In this document: piece after piece, positions 30,868-40,473 of the stretch
Position numbering within the stretch: the stretch's first letter is position 1
Layout: every line of letters starts with the position of its first letter
Assembly (NCBI GenBank): GCA_947084965.1
Contig: CAMTUG010000004.1
Coordinates: forward strand, 87,490 to 151,489
Length of the DNA: 64,000 bases
DNA from: an uncultured Parcubacteria group bacterium
GTDB taxonomy: Bacteria; Patescibacteriota; Patescibacteriia; UBA9934; CAMTUG01
Direction: 5' to 3'
The notes under the pieces: generated by a model
The model's input: only the letters and a program-made list of their open reading frames with translations
Told to the model about the DNA's origin: nothing
Database searches by the model: none
Translations under genes and position numbers: made by a program

Positions 30868-31311
30868 ATGCCAACGCTCGCTACCAACAAACGCGCACGA
30901 TTTGACTACGACGTCCTCGAAGAATTTGAGGCCGGGATTAAGTTATCTGGCGGCGAAGTAAAATCGGCCAAAGGCGGGCATGTGCAGCTCGATCGGGCAC
31001 ATATTTCCCTGCGCGGCACGGACGCCTATTTAGTCGGCGCCCATATTTCCTATTATAAACCGAGCGGCCCGCAAACGGACTATGACCCAGAACGCCCTCG
31101 TCGACTTCTTCTCCACAAAAAAGAACTCAACCGATTATTGGGGAAATCAAAGGAAGGCGGATTGACAATTATCCCAATTTCGCTCTATACTAAGGGCGAT
31201 TTGGTAAAAGTTTCCGTAGCTTTAGCCAAGGGAAAAAAGAAATTCGAAAAACGGGAAACGATCAAAAACCGCGAAGTGGATCGCGAGATCCGCCGCGCCA
31301 AACTTGAGTAA
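30868..31311 (+). CDS. smpB: SsrA-binding protein
   Basis: ATNKRARFDY; EAGIKLSGGEVKS; RRLLLHKKE; AKGKKKFEKRETIK. Confidence 0.97.
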   Translation: MPTLATNKRARFDYDVLEEFEAGIKLSGGEVKSAKGGHVQLDRAHISLRGTDAYLVGAHISYYKPSGPQTDYDPERPRRLLLHKKELNRLLGKSKEGGLTIIPISLYTKGDLVKVSVALAKGKKKFEKRETIKNREVDREIRRAKLE

Positions 31312-31317
31312 TGACGA

Positions 31318-31436
31318 ATGCTTTGAAAAACTCGAGATGCAAGGCGTGGGACAGCGAGCTCTGAGACGTAGGTAAATCCTACGTTGAGGAGCGAGCAGGG
31401 ACCCACAACACAGCAGATCGAGGAATTTCAAAGCAT
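31318..31436. repeat. Structured repeat between smpB and ssrA
   Basis: Closed by atgctttgaaa/tttcaaagcat; shares blocks with 18184-18308. Confidence 0.6.
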
Positions 31437-31444
31437 GAGTTTAT

Positions 31445-31826
31445 GGGGGTGTCGGGTATCGACGGGAGTTCATTTTCATGTGAGCAAGCCGAGGACGTAC
31501 GCTACCTCGTAAATACTGCGTGCAACGTAGATAACTGCCAATCTCATCACGAAACTTAGGAACGCGTATAGCGCTCCTGCGTTCGTACCAGCGTTCGCCT
31601 AAGGGCGAACCTGCACTTCCTCCACGATGCTCGATAGTGGATACGAAGTGTTATATATCGAGCTCGGGATTATCTCTTTCGATCGGATAATCTCTAAAGG
31701 CTAGATCGGAACCTTCTGGCGTCTTTTGTTCCGCCTTATTCGTCAGAAGTATTCAGCGGAACTACGCTTGTAGAAACACGTGGGGATTGCTTTCGCACAG
31801 GAGTTCAACTCTCCTCACCTCCACCA
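31445..31826 (+). ncRNA. ssrA: tmRNA; predicted tag ANLITKLRNAYSAPAFVPAFA
   Basis: 5' GGGGGTG...TCGAC; 3' GGAGTTCAACTCTCC TCACCTCCACCA; ATAACT-GCC resume site at 31537, stop at 31600-31602. Confidence 0.93.
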
Positions 31827-31889
31827 GTTCATATAACAGACTTTGCTTCGCACGTCTGTCAATCCGGTCAATCCATAAGAAACATTACA

Positions 31890-32441
31890 ATGCGCATTCA
31901 TCGTCACCGAAATCGTGCTCCGAAATTCGAAGCACCAACGTACCGCGTCAACGAACAGATCACCAACGAGACCGTTCGCGTGATCGACGAAGAGGGAGCT
32001 CCCCTTGGCGTCATCAAAACAACGGACGCTCTTGAACGTGCCCGCGAAGCAGGATTTGATCTCGTTGAAGTTTCCCCAAAGGCAGAACCGCCGGTCTGCA
32101 AATTCCTCGAGTACGGGGTTTTTAAATATCAAAAGGAAAAGGAAGCGCGTAAAGCCAAGGCTCAATCAAAGGAGGTGGAGATCAAAGGGATCCGCCTTTC
32201 TCTGCGCATCGGCGTTGGCGATTTGGAGACCCGCAAGAACCAGGCGCTCGGGTTTATGGAGCGCGGGGATAAGGTCAAAATCGAAATTGTGCTCCGTGGC
32301 CGTGAAAAAGCCCACGTCGATGTGGCCAAGGAAGTCATGACCAATTTTATGGAGTCCCTCAAAGCCACCTACCCCCTCCGGATTGAACAGCCGTTCCAGG
32401 CTCAAGCCGGCAGGTTGACAATGATAGTCGCTAGAGTGTAG
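31890..32441 (+). CDS. infC: Translation initiation factor IF-3
   Basis: RVNEQI; DLVEVSPKAEPPVCK; GDKVKIEIVLRGRE. Confidence 0.96.
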   Translation: MRIHRHRNRAPKFEAPTYRVNEQITNETVRVIDEEGAPLGVIKTTDALERAREAGFDLVEVSPKAEPPVCKFLEYGVFKYQKEKEARKAKAQSKEVEIKGIRLSLRIGVGDLETRKNQALGFMERGDKVKIEIVLRGREKAHVDVAKEVMTNFMESLKATYPLRIEQPFQAQAGRLTMIVARV

Positions 32442-32496
32442 GATGCGGCGGCATAGGAAAAGGTTAGAGGAAAGAGGAAAAAGTGAAGGAAATTGT

Positions 32497-32682
32497 ATGA
32501 ACAAAACGTATAAAGCACTGGCAAAACGGGTCACCGTGACCAAAACAGGCAAGGTGATCAAACGCAAAGCTGGCCAGGACCATTTTAATTCCCGCGAGAC
32601 CGGCAAGGAACGCCGCAATAAGCGCTCGGATATGGGCGTTTCCAAGCCGATCAACAAGCTCGTCGTGGATAATCTTCAATAA
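32497..32682 (+). CDS. rpmI: 50S ribosomal protein L35
   Basis: MNKTYKALAKRVTVTKTGKV; lies between infC and rplT. Confidence 0.92.
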   Translation: MNKTYKALAKRVTVTKTGKVIKRKAGQDHFNSRETGKERRNKRSDMGVSKPINKLVVDNLQ

Positions 32683-32684
32683 GT

Positions 32685-33029
32685 ATGCCACGAGTTAAAC
32701 GAGGCGTCATGCACGCCAAAACGCGCCGCAACTTGTTAGCCAAAGTGAAGGGCTACAAGCCAGGTCGCCGCAACAAGATCAAGCAGGCCCGTGTCGCCTT
32801 CTTGAAAGCCGGTGTCAACGCCTACACCTCGCGCAAGTTGAAAAAGCGCGTCAACCGCGGACTCCAGAACATCCGCATCAACGCCGCCGCTCGCGAAAAT
32901 GGCACGATCTACAGCCGCCTGATCGACGCCATGAAGAAAGCGAATATCGAGCTTGATCGCAAAGTGTTAGCCCAGATCGCCGCGGCACACCCAGCCGTCT
33001 TCTCGAAGATCGTCGCCGCGACCAAATAA
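32685..33029 (+). CDS. rplT: 50S ribosomal protein L20
   Basis: MPRVKRG; IRINAAAR; IELDRKVLA. Confidence 0.97.
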   Translation: MPRVKRGVMHAKTRRNLLAKVKGYKPGRRNKIKQARVAFLKAGVNAYTSRKLKKRVNRGLQNIRINAAARENGTIYSRLIDAMKKANIELDRKVLAQIAAAHPAVFSKIVAATK

Positions 33030-33042
33030 AAGAAAATTGATG

Positions 33043-33071
33043 AGCCCCGCGGAAGTTCTCCGCGGGGCTCT
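33043..33071. terminator. Hairpin between rplT and the convergent high-GC unit 7
   Basis: gagccccgcgga-agttc-tccgcggggctc. Confidence 0.75.
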
Positions 33072-33094
33072 TCTTGTTGTTGTCGATCGCTCGT

Positions 33095-33880
33095 TCAGCG
33101 ACCGACCGATCCGCCCGGTCGCCCCTCTCCACCACTTCCCTTGCAGAGCTGAGGTGCGTCCGACTTGGTCGTGCACATGTACTCGACCGCAGCGCAGAGA
33201 CGCCCCGGATCCTGATCCTCGGCCGCGTCGACCAGGTAGGCCTTGCCACCAGGGAAGGTGTAGATCTTCATTCCGGCGTTGACCATCTTGCCACCGGGGT
33301 CGCCACCCTGGGCCTGGTTGCATTCCTTGAGCGCCTTCTCCGCCTTCTTGGCCTGGCGCTGGGACTCTTCGGCCTGGCGCTCGGCCTTGGCCGCATCGGC
33401 CTGAGCTGCCGCGAGTTCTGCGGACATCTTGATGATCTGCTGGCGCAGCTCCTTGGAGCTCGCCTGGCACTCCTTCAGCTCCTTGCGGAGCTTGGGGGCT
33501 TCGGCCAGCGCTTCGATGTCGCCGTCGGACAGATCCTGATTGGCGAGCTCGGTCATCGCCGCCAGGGTCTGGGCGGCCTTCTGCTTGGCTGCGGCCTCCA
33601 GCCGTGCGAGCTCTGCCCGCTTCTGCTTGCTGGCGGCCAGATCGGTCTCCGCCAGCTGCCGCGCCTCCATCTCGACCTTCAGTGCCTGCGCCTTGGCCTC
33701 GAGCTCGACCTCCTTCTCCTTGAGGTCAGCGAACGAAGTGGCGATGATGAGCATCAGCACCCGAATGATCGCCACCTGCCCGAGAACGACGACCAAGAGG
33801 GCGATGTTGAAGCCCGAGAGGATGTCGGACTGCGAGTCGCTCGGGCTGGAGTGAACCCGCTCGTCGAATTCTTCGCTCAC
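33095..33880 (-). CDS. High-GC MotB/ZorB-like single-TM protein with long coiled coil
   Basis: SDILSGFNIALLVVVL (Asp-containing TM); GTG start coupled to the upstream stop; SD GGAGGT. Confidence 0.55.
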   Translation of the reverse strand: MSEEFDERVHSSPSDSQSDILSGFNIALLVVVLGQVAIIRVLMLIIATSFADLKEKEVELEAKAQALKVEMEARQLAETDLAASKQKRAELARLEAAAKQKAAQTLAAMTELANQDLSDGDIEALAEAPKLRKELKECQASSKELRQQIIKMSAELAAAQADAAKAERQAEESQRQAKKAEKALKECNQAQGGDPGGKMVNAGMKIYTFPGGKAYLVDAAEDQDPGRLCAAVEYMCTTKSDAPQLCKGSGGEGRPGGSVGR

Positions 33881-34890
33881 TTGGCACCTCCCTTCTCGCC
33901 CGTCTTGATCTCGAGCACGTAGCCGCCTTCGACCAGCTTCATCTTCAGCGTTCCGCCGTCGAGCCCGCCGATCAGCTCGGCCAGGCGCTCGAAGCGCGGC
34001 CCGAAGACCTCGGTCATCGTGCGCATGATCGCCGCGTTGGCGCGACCGGCGCTCCGCAGCTCGCCCGCGACATCGGCGATCTTCTCGGTCGCTTCGATCA
34101 GCGGCTTGGCCAACTCGTTGTTGGCGGCGAGCGTCAGGTAGGTTGACACCTGGCTCGGCAGGTGCAGCTTGGCCATGATCTCGTCCTGGATCCAGGACTC
34201 GACCTCGGTCAGCGAATCCATCTCCGCGCTCTTGCGGTCGTCGATGAACCGCCCGAGCCAGGCCTTGGCCCCCCAGCCGATGAGGGAGGTGATGAAGGCG
34301 GTCATGACCGTGTACAGGTCGATCGTCGAGGAGTTGGCCGAGAGCTCGGTGAAGAGCTGGAAGGCGTCGAAGCTCTCCTTGGTGATCGTCGGCATCTTGA
34401 AGAGGCCGACCGCCTGCGCCAGGAAGGTCATGAAGCCGATGATCGTACCGATCGCGCCCTCGAACGAGAGCGTCTCGACCTCGGCCTTGATCGTGCCGAA
34501 GCGTTGAGCGACCTTGCGGCGCTCGATCGTCATCTTGGCATCGACGAACTTCTGGATCGACCCTTCGTCCGCGGCGTTGGTGATCTTGGTCAGCAGCGCC
34601 GCGATCAGCCCGTGGACGAGCACCGCCCCGCCGTTCTTGCGCGGGTCGGGGTCGATCAGATCAGGGATGTGCTCGCGGTCGATCACCGGCGTGGTGCCGT
34701 AGAACTTCGGCGGGGCAAAGACCCGGGACTTGGGGATCCGCCAGACGATGTAGCCGAAGAGCTTGAACACCATGTAGATCGTGAAGACCCAGGCCATGGT
34801 GTTGAACGCTCCGGACGCCGTCGCGAAGTAGGAGTAGCCGACGACACCCGACACGCCGGTCAGGGCGATGCCGAACAGGGACCAGATCAT
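33877..34890 (-). CDS. High-GC MotA/TolQ/ExbB/ZorA-like membrane protein
   Basis: GAIGTIIGF and VMTAFITSLIG match the G..GT..G and AL.T...G channel helices; SD GAGGT before ATG 34890. Confidence 0.65.
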   Translation of the reverse strand: MIWSLFGIALTGVSGVVGYSYFATASGAFNTMAWVFTIYMVFKLFGYIVWRIPKSRVFAPPKFYGTTPVIDREHIPDLIDPDPRKNGGAVLVHGLIAALLTKITNAADEGSIQKFVDAKMTIERRKVAQRFGTIKAEVETLSFEGAIGTIIGFMTFLAQAVGLFKMPTITKESFDAFQLFTELSANSSTIDLYTVMTAFITSLIGWGAKAWLGRFIDDRKSAEMDSLTEVESWIQDEIMAKLHLPSQVSTYLTLAANNELAKPLIEATEKIADVAGELRSAGRANAAIMRTMTEVFGPRFERLAELIGGLDGGTLKMKLVEGGYVLEIKTGEKGGAK

Positions 34891-34995
34891 GCGAACCTCG
34901 GGGGTGGAGAGATGATGAGACGAAACGATCTGCGGGTTGTCCCGCCGCTTTTGTGCCCGAATACTCGGTCGCAAAGGCAGAGAGGCAAACGGCAG

Positions 34996-35024
34996 AAATT
35001 ACCAGGGATTTCCATTTCTGTCAA
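34996..35024 (-). promoter_or_regulatory. Promoter of high-GC unit 7
   Basis: TTGACA-17 nt-TAATTT with extended TG. Confidence 0.7.
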
Positions 35025-35049
35025 TGAAGGGATCCTCAACCTATTTCCC

Positions 35050-35078
35050 TTGACTTTTTCACTAAAGCTAGATATCTT
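35050..35078 (+). promoter_or_regulatory. Divergent promoter of high-GC unit 8
   Basis: TTGACT-17 nt-TATCTT. Confidence 0.68.
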
Positions 35079-35144
35079 CTGAGGTCCGCGTTCTTACGTG
35101 GCAACGTTCCCGACAGATCCCATAATCCCAACCAGAGGTCCGCG

Positions 35145-36941
35145 ATGCCTGCCAAAACCCGCCTGAACTGTACGACCGTCCCCGCCGGCCGCACCCTCGC
35201 TGCCGAAGGGACGACAACGCTCACCCTGGGGGTGAACGCGCTGAGCGCCCCCAACTTCAAGTCGAGGGCGGCGCTGATCCAGGACGAGACCAAGGCCCCG
35301 GGCCTGCGCTTCGTCGATCCGGCGACCGGTGACAAGGTCGCCTACCTCGAAGTCGAGATCGTGGGCGGCCGGGTCGAAGTGACGTTCGTCTTCCTCGCGC
35401 GGTGCGAGGCGACCGAGATCGCCTTCGTCCTCGAGCCCCACTCCTCGAAGTTCCAGGAGATCGAGGTTCGCCTGCCCGTCGCGGTCGCGGCCCCGCCCCC
35501 GTCCCCGACCACGCCGGCCGAAGTCGTGGTGGAGCTCACCGACACGCTCCAGCTCATCCACAACGACGGCAGCGTGGCCAAGGGGCTGATGTTCGGCGAG
35601 AGCCAGCCGATCTACCTCGAGGCGAAGGACGCCACGGGACTGCCGATCGCGGTCCGTGCCAAGGTCTCGGTCGTCACGACGATCTCGACGAACGCCGTGA
35701 TCCGCATGGCCGCAGACGCGATCGTGGGCCTGACCGAGCTCGACCTGGAGACGGATGCGCTGAGCGGCAAGTCCGCGCCGTTCATCCTCTGCGACACCGG
35801 GCTCGGCGACGCAACGACGATCCTCACGATCGAGCGACTGGACGAGCTGTTCCCGCCGATCGAAGTCGTGCTGGAGATGTTGCCGTCGCCCCCGCCCCCA
35901 CCCCCGCCCCGCTACGGTCCGCCGCCGGCGTCTCGCCGCTCCACCCCTCGGGTGCGTGCTGCAGAAACGGATGCCCCGGAGCCGGGACATGTGCGCATGG
36001 CCCCTGTGGCCATCGCACCGCCTCTCCCCCTGCCGCCCCCGGACCCCACGATCGTGATTCCGCCCCCGGCCCCGATCGTTCCATCACCCGCCACCGTGGC
36101 TCCACCGCGTCCGGCTGCCCCCCGGCCCCCGCCGACCATCTCGGCCCCGCCCCTGCTCCTCGATCCCGAGTCCGAAAGGAGGAGGGAGCTCGAAGACCTG
36201 CTCGCGACCGCTCGCGGACGGGTCGGAGAACTCGAGCGTGAAGCTGGAACTCGGGACACGCAGATCGCGGGGCTCATTCGTCAGAACGCCGAGCTCGAGC
36301 GCCGGCTCTACGAGAAGTCCGAGGAACACATGAAGGAACGCATTCTCCGCACTCGTCGCGAGCGCGAGGATCAGGAACGGATGGAGCGCATCGGAGTGCT
36401 GGGCCGCGAGATCGAGCGGCTGCGGGGCGTGATCCGCCAGCTGGAGAACACCCCGCCGTCGGCCCGACGTCGGCCCGACGATCCGCCGACCCCACTCGCG
36501 AAGCCCCGATCGGTCCTGCGACTCACCGCCGCCGGAGTGATCACCGCACTCGTCGCGATCCTGATCGCTACGGCCCTTCTCCCCTCGGAGAAGAAGGAGG
36601 TCCTGGCCGCGCAGGCTCGCCGCGGGTGCGTGGTGCTGATGGGTGAAGAGCCCGAGAGCATCACGCCGAGTGGCGCGTCGAAGGCCCAGAAGCCCGCCCC
36701 GGACAGTCCCAAGCTCGAGGTGGTCGTGGTGGAAGACGGCCCCCCGCCGCCCCCGCCCACCAACACCTTCGACCCGCGGAGCCTGTGCACCGAGACGTTC
36801 TCGGACCCGTACGCCACCCGTACGGCCACCTACTGGGGATGCCCCGGCGACGCGGAAGCCCGCTGGGTCTGCCCGATGAAGTGGGTGGACACCGCAAGTC
36901 GATCCTTCGAGATCGACGTCCCTACCTGTCGCAAGCAGTAG
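35145..36941 (+). CDS. High-GC membrane protein: beta domains, Pro-rich linker, coiled coil, TM, Cys-containing C-terminal domain
   Basis: SD GAGGT; TM LTAAGVITALVAILIATALL; terminator hairpin with T-run at 36957-36996. Confidence 0.7.
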   Translation: MPAKTRLNCTTVPAGRTLAAEGTTTLTLGVNALSAPNFKSRAALIQDETKAPGLRFVDPATGDKVAYLEVEIVGGRVEVTFVFLARCEATEIAFVLEPHSSKFQEIEVRLPVAVAAPPPSPTTPAEVVVELTDTLQLIHNDGSVAKGLMFGESQPIYLEAKDATGLPIAVRAKVSVVTTISTNAVIRMAADAIVGLTELDLETDALSGKSAPFILCDTGLGDATTILTIERLDELFPPIEVVLEMLPSPPPPPPPRYGPPPASRRSTPRVRAAETDAPEPGHVRMAPVAIAPPLPLPPPDPTIVIPPPAPIVPSPATVAPPRPAAPRPPPTISAPPLLLDPESERRRELEDLLATARGRVGELEREAGTRDTQIAGLIRQNAELERRLYEKSEEHMKERILRTRREREDQERMERIGVLGREIERLRGVIRQLENTPPSARRRPDDPPTPLAKPRSVLRLTAAGVITALVAILIATALLPSEKKEVLAAQARRGCVVLMGEEPESITPSGASKAQKPAPDSPKLEVVVVEDGPPPPPPTNTFDPRSLCTETFSDPYATRTATYWGCPGDAEARWVCPMKWVDTASRSFEIDVPTCRKQ

Positions 36942-37035
36942 GGCCCTCACCGCGATGACTCCGTCCTTGGTACGCAAGGACGGAGTTCGCTTTTTTAGCC
37001 AAATCGGATTATCATAAAGAGATAAAGTTGAATCT

Positions 37036-37920
37036 ATGAATGAATACACCCCTCGTCCAAAGCCCGAGTTTAAAGGAGAAGCAGAAGATCACGGCGTTGT
37101 TGAATACAAAGCCAGATCAAATCCGGCACTCCATCCAGAAAAACCAAAGCCTATTATTAAGGGGAGCTCCGAGCGTGTCCGTCAGGAAGCTGTTGGTCGT
37201 GTCGAAGCGCGTCTACAGGCCGGAATCGATCTTGATGTCTACAAAGAACAACTCGAAGCCGATCTCCTCCAAACTGAAGATGAGCTTGAACAGATGGACA
37301 ATGATGCCGACATGTTTGCAGAAACGTTTAAAGATGCTGAAAAACTGCGTCTGGAACTTGATCACGTTACGTTTCTCCGCGACAATCCAGCAGAGCTGAA
37401 ACGCGTCGTTGGAACGATCGTTGATAAATTGAGCACCGGTGCGTCAGGCGAAACGACGTTTAGAGTCGCACCAAAAGCAGAGACAACAAAGCCAGTCGCC
37501 CGAGGAGAAAGACCGCAGAGCGCCAAGCCACCGGAAGCCCAACAAGCAAAAGCATCGTTGGAATCAACCGTTGATAAATTTGTCGGCTGGCTGAAAGCAA
37601 AATTTGCGCCAAAGGAAAAACCAGCGGTGCCTCTAACCGCCTACGATCGAGAACAGCCACAACGTAAAGCGGCAGCGATGGCCAACAAAGCGGCGGAATC
37701 AAAAATGCTTCAGGAACGTGCAACGATTGAACGAAAAATTTCTGCCGATCCGCGGGTCATTCGCCTTGAGCGAATCATCTCTGAAGCGAAACTCGAAGGC
37801 AATCGCAAACGCTACCAAGCCGAACTCAACGCCCTCAAAGCCACATTGCGTAAACAGGAATCATTTGATGATCTCCCAGAGATTGAACCAGAAGCGCTGG
37901 AGCACCTCGCGAGCAAATAG
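37036..37920 (+). CDS. Hypothetical charged helical protein with background GC
   Basis: 294 aa ORF, no SD, followed by a hairpin at ~37942-37966. Confidence 0.7.
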   Translation: MNEYTPRPKPEFKGEAEDHGVVEYKARSNPALHPEKPKPIIKGSSERVRQEAVGRVEARLQAGIDLDVYKEQLEADLLQTEDELEQMDNDADMFAETFKDAEKLRLELDHVTFLRDNPAELKRVVGTIVDKLSTGASGETTFRVAPKAETTKPVARGERPQSAKPPEAQQAKASLESTVDKFVGWLKAKFAPKEKPAVPLTAYDREQPQRKAAAMANKAAESKMLQERATIERKISADPRVIRLERIISEAKLEGNRKRYQAELNALKATLRKQESFDDLPEIEPEALEHLASK

Positions 37921-37984
37921 TCGCACCGCCCAGAGGAATCACGACCAACACCCGTTGGTCGTTTTTCGTCTATAAAATTCGAAA

Positions 37985-38026
37985 GCCGCCCCGGAGAAGG
38001 TCGAGGTGACCTTCTCCGGGGCGGCG
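37985..38026 (-). terminator. GC hairpin ending high-GC unit 9
   Basis: gccgccccggagaaggtc-gaggt-gaccttctccggggcggc. Confidence 0.72.
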
Positions 38027-38050
38027 AGGAGCAGCTCCGGACGCACGCCG

Positions 38051-39391
38051 TTACGCGGCGTCCTGGACGTAGTTGACGACCTTGTACCGACGGGCGATCG
38101 GGATGTAGACGAGCGCCGCCACGAGCATCAGCCCTGCGAAGAACAGGAAGTAGTCGGGGCCCTCGAGCATGCTGGTGCCATCGTCGCGCAGGATCACCGT
38201 GTTCACCAGCGCGGTGAAGGCGTTCCCGAGCGAGATCGCCAGGAGATCGAGGGACATGACCGAGCTCTTCATCGTCTTCGGCGCCTGCGTGTAGCAGAAC
38301 TCGATCAGCGTCACCGAGAGGAAGACCTCCGCGGCGGTGAGGATCACGAAGCAGAGGATCTGCCAGGCGATCGAGGGCTGCCCGCCTGCGTCGATGAGCA
38401 TCTGGACGTAGGCGCAGATGAGGAACGGCACCACCGTCAGGAAGAGGCCGATTCCGATCTTGCGCAGGGGCGAGAGCGGGAAGACGCGGCTGAGGAGTGG
38501 GTAGAGGGCGTAGGTGAAGAGCGGGATGTAGAGCATCACGAGGAACGGGTTGACGCCCTGGATCTGGGCGGACATGAGCTCGAAGCCCAGGACGGTGCGG
38601 TCCATCTTCTCGGCCTGCAGCACCCAGGCCGATCCACTCTGCTCGTAGAGCGAGGAGAAGATCGCGCTGAAGGCAATGATGACCGAGAGGCGGGCCAGAG
38701 TCTTGATCCCCTCGCCGCTGAAGGTCTCGCGCAGGAACGTCAGGCCGCCGGGCGGCACGTGGACGAAGCGGTTGCGGCCGAGCCAGAAGGCGACGGTGGC
38801 GATGAACATCAGGATGCCAGGCACCGCGAAGGCGACCCGCGGGCCGTAGTTCTCGAGCAGCCAGGGGGTGGCGAGCATCGCCAGCCCGCCGCCCATGTTG
38901 ATCGCGAAGTAGAACCAGTTGAACATCTCCGCCATGCGATGGGCGTTGCCCTTGCCGAACTGGTCGCCGAGGTGAGCCGCGACGCACGGCTTGATCCCGC
39001 CCGCGCCGATGGCGATGAGACCGAGGCCGATGGCGAGCCCGGTGCGGGTCTCGTCGAGCGCGAGCGCCAGGTGGCCGAAGCAGTAGACGACCGAGAGCGC
39101 CATGATCGTGCGGTACTTGCCGAGGATGGTGTCGGCGAGCAGCGCCCCGAAGATCGGGAGGAAGTACACCGCCGAAGCGAAGGTGTGGTACCAGACCATG
39201 GCGTCCGCCTCGCTCATCGGCGCGAGCGCGCCGCTGTCGTCGAGGAGGTACTTGGTCATGAAGATCACCAGGATGCCGCGCATCCCGTAGTACGAGAACC
39301 GCTCTGCGGCCTCGTTCCCGATGATGAACGGAATCCCCGGAGGGATGCCGGTCGCCTCTTGCGAAGGCGCCGTTCGACGCATGACGGACAT
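38051..39391 (-). CDS. Proton-dependent oligopeptide transporter (POT/PTR2, MFS), high-GC
   Basis: NEAAERFSYYGMR (ExxERF signature); GAGGIKPCV; FYFAINMG; SD GAGGT before ATG 39391. Confidence 0.95.
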   Translation of the reverse strand: MSVMRRTAPSQEATGIPPGIPFIIGNEAAERFSYYGMRGILVIFMTKYLLDDSGALAPMSEADAMVWYHTFASAVYFLPIFGALLADTILGKYRTIMALSVVYCFGHLALALDETRTGLAIGLGLIAIGAGGIKPCVAAHLGDQFGKGNAHRMAEMFNWFYFAINMGGGLAMLATPWLLENYGPRVAFAVPGILMFIATVAFWLGRNRFVHVPPGGLTFLRETFSGEGIKTLARLSVIIAFSAIFSSLYEQSGSAWVLQAEKMDRTVLGFELMSAQIQGVNPFLVMLYIPLFTYALYPLLSRVFPLSPLRKIGIGLFLTVVPFLICAYVQMLIDAGGQPSIAWQILCFVILTAAEVFLSVTLIEFCYTQAPKTMKSSVMSLDLLAISLGNAFTALVNTVILRDDGTSMLEGPDYFLFFAGLMLVAALVYIPIARRYKVVNYVQDAA

Positions 39392-39491
39392 GGGAACCTC
39401 GTGGCTTGCGCTCCGTTCGCGGTGAATCGCCGCTGTGGGCGATCGTCGGTCAAGACGGAGAACCGACAGCATCCGATCTGGACGCGACCGT

Positions 39492-39520
39492 ATTTAACCT
39501 GGGGGCATGTGGAAAGTCAA
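39492..39520 (-). promoter_or_regulatory. Probable promoter of the POT gene
   Basis: TTGACT-17 nt-TTAAAT. Confidence 0.5.
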
Positions 39521-40057
39521 TCAAACGGCGTTCGAACGAAAAAGACGATGAAGGTTCGATGCGGCAAAGGCCAGTGCAGTACAAAGGATTGTTACGATAA
39601 AAAGGATAACGGCCGGCCAGAAGGAGTGACCGGAAAGAAGGAACGCGAAGCCGAAAAACGCGTAGCAGAGAATATCCGCACTCAGAATCCAAATAAACAG
39701 CTGGCGAGCGCTCGGCGCGGCGCGAGGAAATAGGTGATGAAGGATCGATCCGATGACGTCGAAGAGCAAAGCCAGGATCAGATACCATCGCAAAATGTAA
39801 GGGACCGGATTTACGGAATAGGAAACATGGGTCAGGCCCGCTTCGGTGAGAATTCGAATGATCGCCGTCTGAATAAATCCTGGATCATATGAAAGGACAA
39901 GAACCAACAGCGCGGACACCCCACAAAACAGAGTGAATGCTTGAAGCAGGATTGCCGGGAGACTCAAAAGATAAGCGATGTAACTGAATACAGCGCGTAC
40001 AACGATCAACAAAAAATCTGTCCCCTTCTGGCGCATCATGTCCTTGAAGTATGGCAC
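39521..40057 (-). CDS. Hypothetical multi-TM protein
   Basis: Four or more hydrophobic segments. Confidence 0.6.
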   Translation of the reverse strand: MPYFKDMMRQKGTDFLLIVVRAVFSYIAYLLSLPAILLQAFTLFCGVSALLVLVLSYDPGFIQTAIIRILTEAGLTHVSYSVNPVPYILRWYLILALLFDVIGSILHHLFPRAAPSARQLFIWILSADILCYAFFGFAFLLSGHSFWPAVILFIVTILCTALAFAASNLHRLFRSNAV

Positions 40058-40473
40058 GACGAGCCCAGGCGGACAAATGACCCTCCCATTCGAATCCCGT
40101 CCGATAATGAAAAACGACCAACGTGAAGTTGGTCATTTTTCATGGCGGGACGGAGGGGTTAAGTACCAAAATTGTAGCGACCTTTGAAGGGGTTTTGGAG
40201 GATTCGTCCTTTGGCGATTTTGAGGCGGACGGGTCGCTCCCTTTGGACAACTTGGTACAAAGTGGAACACGAAACGGCACTTTCCCAGTTTTGGGGACTT
40301 ATAAGGGTTTTCGGCTTTCGTTCGCCTTATTCTCCTGTTCGATGAGCATCCTGACATTTTCGTCATATATAGCCCTCCAAAAACAAAATGTCCGGTTTCT
40401 GATAAACTTCGTACGCGATGAACATAATAATTCCTACAGAGGAAAAGCGGCTCCGTTACCCCTCACGTCCTGT

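Noticed and set aside
40060-40165. Complete tRNA gene
   Set aside because: Only T-loop and acceptor-like fragments; I could not build a cloverleaf.
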